DNA of 64,000 nt from Marsupella aquatica. Taxonomy: Eukaryota > Plantae > Marchantiophyta. A program made the translations under genes and the position numbers. A model generated the notes under the pieces. That model searched no databases and had not been told where the DNA came from. It saw only the letters and a program-made list of their open reading frames with translations. The stretch is from positions 20,153,224-20,217,223 of the forward strand of contig OZ316897.1 of NCBI GenBank assembly GCA_973895155.1. Direction: 5' to 3'. Below are positions 13,449 to 24,800 of this stretch, one piece after another; the stretch's first letter is position 1; each line of letters begins with the position of its first letter.

Positions 13449-14600
13449 CTACTTTCTTTTCGCACTTTTCAGCCGATTTTGCTTCCTGTTTCGACTGAAA
13501 CCTGCCCCGGACCTACTTGCTGGACTCCCGCCATCACCTTTGCTGGTCTTGCTAGCCCCACTCGATCCTTTTTGGGGCTCCTGATTGCTCACAGTAAGGC
13601 TTTTGTCTCCAGAAGTCGTGCCACTTGGGTCGAGGGGGTCCTCCTCGGGCTCTTTTCTGAACACAGTGTCCTTGAATATCAAATCTGGAACGTAGTAATT
13701 TCCCAGCCAGAAGATGAACAACAGTACTACACTGCACCCAAAAAACCAAAATTTGTGAGAAGTTCATCCTCGTAATCCCTTGTTCTACAAGAGACTCATT
13801 CTTCCTCTCGATACACTCACAATCTAACCCAAAAATCACTTCATTGGATCAATTGGATGATGAGGGCCAAATGCTGGCATCACCGAAGTTTAGGGCTTCT
13901 TCTTTTTCATTTTTATTGGACCTGCAGGCACCTTTCAGAATTGTCTGCATCACATGCCCTACTCACAACTTAGCAAGGTCTCGGTCAACCCACTGCAACA
14001 AATGAAACTGGGAGTTTACCAGGTGACAGCAAATCGGACAGCTTCTGCACCCTCAACAGGAGTGAAGGGAGTTGGAGAAACCGTGAAATCGTGGGACGTC
14101 ACATCCTCCTTCAATATCTGTGCTTGCCTTCCAAGATCCTTAATTTCTTCCATGAGATCTAACCTAAACCCTCTGCCAGACTGTCCTTCCTCTGATAATA
14201 ATTCACCATCCACAATTGTGCTTTCTTCGAAGCTACGCGAACTTCCTATTTGCTCCCCCTGAATTTCCTCGGACACATCCGATGCCTCTGCAATATCGCT
14301 GACAGGCCATCGTCTGGAAACTGGTACATCTCTACTCGCAGAAATATAAAGAGGCCTCCATTCTTGAACTCCTCCTTCTCTCTTTAACGACAGATATCGA
14401 TGTTGAACCACGAATGTGAGATCTGAGGCTGATTGCACGGTATCTCTATAGAGAGGAGAGCTGAATAACTCATGAGGCCGACCATCTGCGATAGAGCATT
14501 GCACAGACAAGCTCCGCGGATACAACGGGTTCCCTTTCCGGACACCATATAGAGTAGACTGTAGTTTCTCAATTGTAACTATTCGCACTCCTGATATCAT
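13449..14600 (-). CDS. Uncharacterised ~287-aa protein with probable plastid transit peptide and one C-proximal TM helix
   Basis: join(14600-14020, 13731-13449) = 864 nt, in frame. The splice creates the hydrophobic stretch AVRFAVTCVVLLFIFWLGNYYVP. S/R-rich N-terminus with VQCS motif; basic tail. Candidate 5'UTR donors near 14735 and 15677. Confidence 0.7.
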
Positions 14601-16302
14601 CTTGCTGAAAGCAGGCAACACCCACGCTTGCTTTTGTCCTTTGTGGTTGTGGCGTCTGACTTATCTTCCCATTCAACTCACGATGAGAAAAGCGTCGGCC
14701 ACTCCATAAAATTCCATGCCAAATTTCTCTCTTACCTATCTGAAGTACAAATGATAGGTGGTCGAGAAAGTGGATCCTCCCCTCAGAAAGCAACAGCAGC
14801 GAAAGACAGAAACCGAGCGACGAGGGCCAGACAGCGCTTAGAGTGACAAGAGTGTTTACAATTCGCACATGTCGCAGCCAGTTTTCATTCCCTTATCAAT
14901 TGCTGCGGAAAAACATTGCAGAGATTTCAACATCGTCTCCTCAATGTTTGTGCACTTGAGGGTGAATAAGATAACATGGCAGGACTTAATAAGGCAATTG
15001 ATGCTACTTCAAAATTTTCTGAACAGGGCTTTAAATGCAGACATCGACCATCGACTTCAAAGTGCAGAAAAAAGAATTAAAGTGGATGGAATTGGGCAAT
15101 CGACGGTGCATTTCACTGGCCGCAGAAAGTCAGGGGCCATGGGACACATACTAGAAGAGACAAGAGACAGGAAACAAATTTCCCATGACATCGCAGACTG
15201 ACGCAGAAAAACCAAAGCAGCAACGCCGAAATGGAGTCAACCCGATTCCATTTTCGTGCCATTTTACTCCTGGACCAGCCCACCAGTCCCCGACGGAGAC
15301 TACCAAGCGCATGACCGGCCCAAGTCGTAACGAATCGGGGGAAGGGGGAAGAGAAACAGACAGAAAAAAATAGAGGGAGTGATATTTAATTCTAAACGGG
15401 GACAACGGACATGGCCAGGATGGCAGGATGTCGAGAAAATCAAAACAATGTTGCCAATTGAAGCACCTGGGACAACAAGCAGAATGGACACTGGTTTTGG
15501 ATTTATCAGCTCCAGGCCAGCAAGCGACTCAGTGAACTCTATTCAGTTCAGCATTGCTCACAGACAATCTTCACCACGGAATTCAACATTGCTGCAGCTG
15601 CACTACTCCATTGCAGGACCCCACAAAAAAAATTCACACTCTCCTCCCATACGATTGTCACTGAACCACACACTCACCTTGAAACTCCCGAGCCGCGACC
15701 ACGCCAGTCATACAACGGACCCGGCTGAGTCGCCATTTCCCCTCACTCTCCAGTTTCCACAATCACAGCCCCGTCTTCACAGCCCACCAAGAATAGTTCA
15801 CCCACACTGCTCCGACCGAGCGAGTGCAGGACTCGCGATGCGGCAGAGCTCGCCCAGCTCAGGCATCACCACCGCCGAGCTGGAAATGAGTTCACCATCG
15901 CAGGAATTGTGCGCTCGCCCGCCTTCAATCCGCAAGCTGAAGCATGAAGCAGATGGAGCAGCTGCGGCCATCGAAGAAGAGGAGCTCACTGTAATGGGCC
16001 AGCGCGACTCATCCGCGCACATTGCGACCAGTCGCGATATCGAGACCCAATCGCGAGTTCGTCGGCCGTGGCCCTTCGCACACGTGTGCGTGGTCGCGAT
16101 TTTCGCGATGCGGAAGAGCGAGCGAACGGTGGCCGCCTTGGGCGAGTTTCTGGCCAAGTGAGGCGCCGCTCTGTCCGCCGTCCATCTCCATTCAAAATAA
16201 TATCATCCGCTGGATCCGAATGCTGGCCCCAAACCGCAATTGGGAGGGAATTTTTGTACTGCGGCCTTCTTTTCTTTGTAAAGCTACTTTTCATTGAGAG
16301 AG

Positions 16303-16499
16303 ATTCCACTTCCCGAGCTCGAGAAAGACATCTCGGGTCTCTTAGTAGTCTCGTCGCAGATACCGCTGCAAATCTCTTAAACTTTCTATTTCACAAACAG
16401 CCTCGGGTCTGTAAGCAGCTTATCTATGGTCTCACTTAGGCAATTCAAACAGTTCAGACTAAGTCTTAGATGACTACTGTCGAAAAAACTACTGGGACC
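16303..16499 (-). pseudogene. Duplicated Timeless exon-2/intron-1 fragment
   Basis: Near-identical to 4848-5048 in the same orientation. Includes intron sequence and an in-frame TAA (DLQRYLRRDY*). Confidence 0.9.
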
Positions 16500-16510
16500 C
16501 GAGAGGCCCG

Positions 16511-17765
16511 AGATCTTAAAATGACCGTCCAATTGTGTGATAGACATTGCCTTCCATAAAGGTCAAAAATATGCAAACACAACAAAATATTGAAAGGATT
16601 GAACTATATAGTAAAGTTCTATTTACAAAGTAAGTTAATCTGCAACCCAGTCCATTGGTAATGATCCCTCTTTCACTCAACAAGAGGAAATTCAGGGCAA
16701 ACTACAAGTCCAACTCATCCATATTTGTAGCACCAATGCCCAGGGATCAACTACAGGTCTAATGATTGTTCTAGAGCCTTCACTAGGCAAGTTCTTCACC
16801 AATGTTGTGAATCTTGAGTAACATGACCAAATGCTCCACAGTTTGATACATTTTATTGCAACACAAAGGATTATAATAATAAATTATAACAAAGGAGAGG
16901 CAAGGTTTAAGAGAAAATAGGCATTTGTGGCTTGTCGTCTTGTGAGAGCAGTGGCACAAATAGAAGCACAACTATCAGTCAAATCACCTAAATAATTTAA
17001 ACTCTACTAAAAAGTTGTCAAAGATGTTGAAGTGCCTTTTATCTTGAGAGTGTCAGAGAGGGCCAATAAAAGAGCATTTGTAGAAGCAAAAAAATGTCTG
17101 ACCCGTATCTATCTGCACTGCAAACCTTGTGCAGTTGAGTCTTCAAAGTCTAGTTGGTCGAAAGAGGTATTGCTGGTTCTGGCATCATTGCGCTCTATTG
17201 TGTAGATGAAAGTAATAGATTGGCTTCTAAGCCAATCTTAGAGGTCTTCTCTTCTTTATTTCAATAATTTGTGGTGGGAAACCAAATTTGGAAATACTAT
17301 TCTGTATTGCATCATTAAGTTTATTGACTCACTCTTGGCTTGAGTATGATTATTCTTTATGTCACCAATGTATATTTTTGTTTTTGCATTTTTTGTGATA
17401 TCATGGCGCACACAAAACTCTCTATTGGTGACACCAACCTATTCCTATAATAGCACATAATATTTTCATCTAAAAATCATGTCAGTCTAGCATCTAGGGG
17501 CATTAAGTTTTGAGCAGGTGATAATGATATATAGATTTTATTGCAAGTATTGCATGATAAATTAAGTATATTCTTGGGTTACAAATAATAATAATATTAA
17601 TAATAAATGATATTATTATAAATAATAAATCTTGATATTAATTGTCAATTAGATATAAAATTATCATGTAGAATAGAAATATCTTTCTTAGAATGAGAGA
17701 AATTGCATACATAAAATCTTGGTTTGATGATCATGCATGTTCGATACAAAATAGGTTTTTCCATA
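16511..17765. repeat. Internally deleted copy of the 6870-8850 block
   Basis: Colinear similarity to 6870-7533 and then 8240-8850, directly after the Timeless fragment. Confidence 0.85.
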
Positions 17766-17793
17766 CCTTTAGAACATTTGTTAAGGGTAGAGG

Positions 17794-18145
17794 TGTAACC
17801 CTCCCACTGGACACTCATAACCCACCCTCCATGCACATAACTTCAGAACTGAGGGTTTAGGATAGAGATGTAATACTCCCGCTGGACTAGTAACCCCAGA
17901 CCAAACCATCATTACCCTTTACATTGTCTGTGGATCTCAAACCTCAAAAGAGTTTCCAATAGTACACATCACTCTATGCTCTGTGACTCTAGAAATCACA
18001 AAACTCTTTTGAGGTTTCACAAGCACTCATAGTGTTTTGAACTATTTCTTTTTTGTTTGTGTGAGCTGGGATGGCTGGACACTAACACCCAACAGCAGCC
18101 ATTTAGGGAGAACTATGGGCCTCAAAAAGAAAAGGGGGGCTTACA
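17794..18145. mobile_element. Possible solo-LTR-like segment (TGTAA...TTACA)
   Basis: Starts TGTAACCCTCCC and ends GGGGGGCTTACA (imperfect terminal inverted repeat). A second start TGTAATACTCCC lies at 17869. No TSD found. Confidence 0.35.
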
Positions 18146-19029
18146 TGCAAAATGGCCCTTATGTACCAGGAATTATCTTAATTTCAAAACATTATGCTTG
18201 ATATAAGCTATTTAATTTTTAAAATAATATGTACACTTAATCTGAGTAAGTGTTTACATCAAGATGCACATGACATCTTAAAATTCATAATGCAATCTTT
18301 CTTGCTGTTTTCACAAGTATTTAAAAATGTAATGCCACTTAGTCCAAAATTCTCATACACCAGGACCTGTCTTGTATATTAGTACTTTGTTTTATTGAAC
18401 TTCAAAAAAATAATGATTATCTTATTTTTATTGGCGGATGTAAATTGTTCCATGATTGTTAATGTGACAAAAACTCCTAGGCATTAATAGTGAAATACTG
18501 AACATAAAATAAGGAAAATACAGGGTCGCAAAGCTAGTAAGACAGGGATCATACTTTGTGGTAGGGGTCATTAGGAAGCAAAATGAGATATGGCAGTACA
18601 TAATAATTACAATAAGAGTTGTTGTGCTTTTCTGCTTACGATGACCCCACTCAAGCAAATTTTGATTTTTGGTGTTGTTATCATTCCATCTCTTTGGTTT
18701 TACCTTACAAATAATTAGTTGCTAACCGGGTTCCCAACAAAACAAATACATTCTGCAAGTGGAACTAAATTAATGATAATTCATCCAATACTTTGTGGAG
18801 GGTGATATCGATATTACCATGATCGCTGATATTACCTGTAAGCCTTTCATGTTCAAACTGTTGGGCTTCGCTGCCCCAGGGCTTAGCTCCCAATCCAAGT
18901 CTCGATTGCCAACTTTTTTTTTATTTCAACCTATTTGGGCGGCCCATCTTTTTGTGGAATTATGTACATTGATTTGGATCAAATTTCTTAGCCCCACTCG
19001 TGGCTGGAGTGAAGCTCTTCTTACCGACG

Positions 19030-19256
19030 ACACCCACCTTGGGTTCAGTGGGGCCACGAGTTGAGATTTTCTTGCGTACCACACCCACCTTGGGTTCAGT
19101 GGGGCTTTCTATGCTCATGGGGCACCAGGGGGGCTCTTCTCACCTACCACCTTGCGTTTAGTGGGGGCTTCCCATGAAGTTTAGTCTACCCATGGTGCCA
19201 AGAGTGGGGTTCTTCTTCTCACTAACGACACCCACCTTGCGTTCAGTGGGGCTTTC
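19030..19256. repeat. Four ~25-bp hairpin-capable repeats separated by non-identical spacers
   Basis: acacccaccttg(g/c)gttcagtggggc at 19030, 19081, ~19141 (degenerate) and 19228. Confidence 0.8.
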
Positions 19257-20894
19257 CACATGATTTGGTTTCCCCATCAATGGCTCAACATGTGGGCTCT
19301 CACCTGTAGCTCTTCCCTTCTTTCAAACAACGACGTAGACCAAAATGCCGGTCAGAAAACTGATGTCAAAGTCAACTGCCCATGCTCTAGCTAGAACTGC
19401 TGCATCAGCTCTACATTATACGATAAATTATGCAATATCCAGGACAACAGCAGCAGCGGACATGCAGTGTGGGGTGTGACACTTGAGCAACCTATGTGGG
19501 AAGAAGCTAGCTACCCTTCCCACCGTGGATTTGCTTTGGCCAGTCCACGGAGTACATGCCTCCATGGCAAACGACCGGACATGCACTCTAAAAACAATAG
19601 GAGATAGGAGAGAAAGAATACTGTTAGTCGACCAGGGGCCAATCGATAAAGGTTGCAGTCCTCTCGACGGGATAAGTTCATGACAGTGCAAATCATTGCA
19701 AGGCATCCAAGTCTCACTTGCACAACAATCAGCATATAATGGAAAGTAACTCACTGCCACCAATTTTTGGGCCAGCCGCGATTGATTCAGAGCCTCCGTC
19801 GATGCTTGTACTGCTGGCCAACGTAGAAGAGCAGAATACCATTATTTGGCCAACTGGTCCAACTACTGTAATATATAGTATAATTATGCCTCCCGATATA
19901 TGCAATCGACCGCAGATGCACTCCAAAAACTAGGAGAGAAAGAATACTGTCAGTCGACGAGGTGAGAAAGGCCACAGGTCACTAGAAGAAACCGAGCCTT
20001 GTTGAGACTGGAAATTGTGACTATTTTTAGCCCTTGTGACACCAATGTGACTTCCTCAACCATGACCCTGGTTGAGACCACACGAGTTATCTAAATGGTG
20101 ACTAAAATGTGGAAAGTCACTAATACTACTGTAGATCGTGACATGGATGATACCCAAACTGTGACTAGGTTTAGACTAAAATAGAGCATAAAACTACACA
20201 TCTAATGTGACTACCATGACCTCCGACGAACTTAGATTACTGGTGTTTGCGACTAAGTTGTGACTATGTGTAGTCATTTCAGAAGTATCAGTTTTAACAT
20301 CTCCAAGTTGTCAACACATCCTTTGGATCTGGTGTTAGTCTGTAGTGTTTATAACTAAGATTGTTGAAGGAAACTACAAGGCCGAGTAATGAACATGACT
20401 TATAAGGCGATTGTTGAGGACTTATGGGTCTTGTGTTAGTATTTGTGGTATAATTGTGAGATGCACTCTTGTCTATGACTATTTTATTCTAGTCATAGTT
20501 TTCAAAGTATCGTGCATTCATGACAATTGCACGAGTATAATGAAACATATGGTGCATTCAACACATTCAAAGGCATGATACGGAATGAGTTGAACACATT
20601 TTCAAAATGAAGAATTCATAGCAACAGAATTTATCCAAATTATAGTTCACAATGATACAAGACTAATGCGATCAATTCATGATCTTGCAAAATGTATGTG
20701 CATCTGCAATACACCAATGAATACAAGAGCTCTAGACAAACAGCTGCTTCTAACCTACATACCTAGTCATTTGGGAAAACTCAAACCAAAATGTTCATAT
20801 TAACTAATATCATGTCAAAGGTAAGGGTTCTTATGCTTTCTACATACAAAAAGCATGAAACTAAAACTACAAACACATGGCTGTATGCATGACT

Positions 20895-21879
20895 TTACTG
20901 TTCATCCTCTATAAACTTGCTTGGCCACAATATTGTAGAATGTACTACATCAAGAAGAACTCTTTGAGGAGGATCATCATTGGTGTTGGGAAAAGGGAGA
21001 GCAGCCTTTGGAACCACAAGTAAGTCTATTAACACTACAGAATAACTAGGTGGAACTTTTCTCCCATGGAAAGTTGTGGAACCTGCTTGCACCTTGCCAA
21101 ATCCTACACATGTCCCACTATCATCAATAACCAACAACTTAGAATGCCCTCTGCATTTGGTGCCTTCACTCTTTCCACCTTAGATTTCTCCTTCACCACT
21201 GACCTTGGAGGTTTGTAGGTTGCCCTTGTTGTGGCTCTGCTTTCAGTAGACTTGCTTATGGTGCGCATGCTCCCCTTCTTTGAATTCACAATAGTCAAGT
21301 CTGTCTCCAGGGGCACTTCACATGGGATGGCCACAGAAGTAGACTCCTTCCCTCGGGGGGGTCACTATATGAAGGGTCATACATCAAGTGCGACGGTTTG
21401 GGTCATTTATGACCCCCCTAAGTCACTTTCTAGAAAGTTGTACGACACCAATCATGTGATGACACGTATGCATTTTGCAATTAAACAACCATATATTTCC
21501 ATAGAAGACTTAATAAGTCTTCCGCCAAAACCATTTAAATGGCCCTATACTTCGTCGCACATGATATGCCACTTCCATGGAAGTGACCCCCCAGCTCCTT
21601 CCTAGGGATGGCCATAGGAGCAAACATCTCTGTTGGCATGGGCATACTAGTAGACCCACCTGTTGTTGTCAATTCTAGTAATTTTGGAATGGGACCAAGA
21701 TCAGGGTCCACATTCCATAAACATTCTTCCATATAGCATGTATCTGGCTCAGCATTATCATTGTCAGGGAAAGTATATTGTTCCTCTACCCCAACATTTG
21801 AATTGATATCCCCTTCGAACGACCCAATTGAAATGGCAAAACAAACAACACATGGGCAGTTCCCCTGAAGCAGCATCAT
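20895..21879 (-). pseudogene. Decayed CACTA ORF2 (TnpA-like) C-terminal region
   Basis: GKVQAGSTTFHGRKVPPSYSVVLIDLLVVPKAALPFPNTNDDPPQRVLLDVVHSTILWP resembles the conserved C-terminal module of plant CACTA ORF2 proteins. Broken by frameshifts and a MITE. Confidence 0.65.
21355..21592. mobile_element. MITE nested in the CACTA ORF2 remnant
   Basis: Ends GGGGGGTCACT and AGTGACCCCCC, with imperfect inverted similarity over ~55 bp (atcaagtgcgacg vs cgtcgcacatgat). TSD not cleanly resolved. Confidence 0.7.
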
Positions 21880-24800
21880 TTGCTAACATTGTGACCTGGA
21901 CCACAACCAATTTATTACCTCAATGTACGATCCTCAGCCTAAATTCTGCCGTATTTTTTCTGAAAAACTCTGTGATCAAATGTTGTTTTCAAGGTTGCCA
22001 ATAGCAAAGAGATCTGCATCATACAAGAAAAATAGTTAGTAAGTGTGAATGCAGATTTCTCAACACTTAACAAAACAAGCAAAAAACATAGTCACAGAGA
22101 ATGACTCTGGTGCCACAGGAAACAAACAGGAAAATAGATATCAAAAACTGCCAGGAAGATAAAAAAGAACATGTTCAAGCAAGCCGTGAGTAATGCTCAC
22201 CTCAAATGTCTAAATATAAGCCTATAAGGATTGAACGATGTCTGACATACTCAACGGCATCTCTACTTCTCACCTCCCTGTACAAAAATACAATGCATAG
22301 ACCCAAATTAGAACTTTTGAGTATAAGTAAAAGACCTCACTCTTTTATAAACAGAGTCTTCAAAGAATATTTTCTTCAAATAATTGAGTGTATTCTGAAA
22401 ACAGTAATCCGAGAGACTGCTCATCCTTTCTCCATAGAGCAATACCAAAATGATAATCGGTACAGTGACGCGGTTCTCTATTATAGATGTGTACTTACTT
22501 TTTCCCTTGTACGTGTTTGATACACCTCTCTGGTAGGTCATCAAATGGTTATTGGTTGAAAGGGAACTGTAAATTTAACAAAGGAAAAGAGATACAGGGT
22601 CCTAATAGGTCCCACAAAATCAAAGAATTAAAGCACAATGGACCAAAATAAAGCTAGACTCTAGTGAACTAAAAAAAGCTAGCTACAAGAATAATCAAGC
22701 CCAGCACACTGTTGTACAGAAAGAGAAGATCAGAACTAGTATGGCATGATTTTGACCATATTACAAAATGATTACCTACAGTAGAGTTTGTTTGTTTCCA
22801 GCCAGGCTCACCTCGTTGTACAGATTATTTGAAATCATCAGTCTACACTATAAAAAAGCTGTCAAACCTCTTGACATTGATCCCCTGGATCATGGAATTA
22901 TTTAGGTTCTCGGCCCACCATAAAAACAAGAAGGATAGTAGGAAATTGTCTCAACAATAGAGAAAAACTAAACAAAGTTCAGATGACATCACTCAATGCC
23001 AAAATCCAAAGAGAATAATTATTCTCTGAACATAAAATTAAAAGTATATATAAGATTCTCAGTGAATGCAAAATTATAATAATGAAAACATACAACAATA
23101 GCAAAAGGAGAGTAAACAATGTTTTGCCTCATTCCTCTAAATTTGCAGATCAGCAGGTGGTGACGGCTGAAAAGGAAAGTCTACAAAAAAAGGATATTCT
23201 TCTCAATGTCCCAATCGGCTCCACTAACTGGCAGCTCAGCAGGTGGTGGCGGCTAGAAAGGAAAGTCTACAAAAAGAGGGATATTCTTCAATCTCAATGT
23301 CCCAATCTGCCCCACTAGCTCAAAGAATCAAAGCGGAGTGGACAAAATAGAGTACTTGCACAATGAGCTGCAAAGCGCTAGTTTACGACAACAACACAAA
23401 TATATAACACAAATTAATTCTATAGAAAGATGACATGCAAACCAAACTATTTTTACAGGATCTGGACTACATAATCAGTTACTACAGGCAGAATTAGGAC
23501 AGGTCTTTACCAAATATCGTGTTGCATTCTTTTTGATTTCTTATTTTCAGCATATATGATTCTATGCAATGCTTCTGCCCTTTCGACTGATTACTGTTAG
23601 GATCATGGAATTATTCAGTTGGTCCCGCCACAAAGACAAGAAGGATACTAGGATTTGAGTCTCAATAAGGGAGAAAAACCAAGCGAAGTGCAGACGACGA
23701 CGAATGTGCTCACTGTCAAAATCCACAAAGAATATTCTTGATAATGTTGTGCACTAGGACTGCGAGCAAAATCTGAACCCCTTGCGTCTAGACAAGAATA
23801 AAGTCCACATGAACTGCTCGGACTATATATATTGTAGATTAGATATGGAGCTGGTATTCAACATGCTTCAAGAGACTGAGGAACATTATAGCCAAACCTT
23901 GCAATAGCAGCAACCTTGAGTGATTGCTTATGCTGATTCAATCAGCAGTAAATAGATGTTGATTGCAGCTTTGTACGTTTGCTCATCACCTCATGCGATT
24001 AGCAGCTTGATGAATGAGTATTATCTGAACTCAAAAATTTAGTTTGATCAGCTTGATTGAGCTCATCGTAAGGTCCACCTCACTCTAGCTCAGTGATCAG
24101 CTGAACTCTTTGCTGAGCTCAATAGCATCAACAACACAACCTACTGCTCGTAACTAAAACTACCGTCAATGTAGCTTAGTAACCTCAACAACCACACTAA
24201 AAGTTCATCGCAAGTTACTCAAAGGCCACATAGAAGCTCAACCGGCTTGAAGAGAGGAACATACAAAAATTGATGACAACCTCAGGTCAATCACTTGACA
24301 GAGCCGTGGAAGTATCAATCGTCACTCACCTGGCCTTGCAGCACCAAGCCAGGCTCTGGACGCGGCAAAGCTTTGAGGTCGTTGCTCCACTCCCGTAGCT
24401 TGCACTTGCTCAGCTCACTCTGCCACAGAAGTAGACTTCTGTCGCACCTCCCAGCAGGTTGACGCTCAACGTTCACTACCCCAACTCACTCAAATTTGAA
24501 CACCAAAAACTAAACAACAGAAGTGTGATATTTCCCTTGCTCATGGCACCCCCCGCGAGGGTGTCCCTTTTGGCCCACCCTAAACACTGAACGAAGTCAA
24601 CGTAACTTGTACAATAAGCCCAACTTCTCCAACTCGCGATTGCAGTCTGCCAAACTCCGAAAACCGATAGCACAATGTCCTTGGATCTATGTCACAACTC
24701 CCTGGTCCTCCACAGCCCCTCGTCTACGGTAGTGTTGCAACAAAAGGAGCTCCCCGGTCGCAGCTCCTCAGTTGTTGGTCACTGTGGCATTCACATAAGC

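Noticed and set aside
13732-13921. Apparent stop and frameshift suggesting the 13449-14600 gene is a pseudogene
   Set aside because: Resolved as intron sequence when the acceptor at 13732 is used.
15379-16439. Overlapping ORFs of up to 260 aa on both strands
   Set aside because: No recognisable domains. Explained by GC-rich promoter/5'UTR sequence and the antisense of the Timeless fragment.
19030-19256. CRISPR array
   Set aside because: Plant nuclear context, only four degenerate repeats, very unequal spacers and no cas genes.
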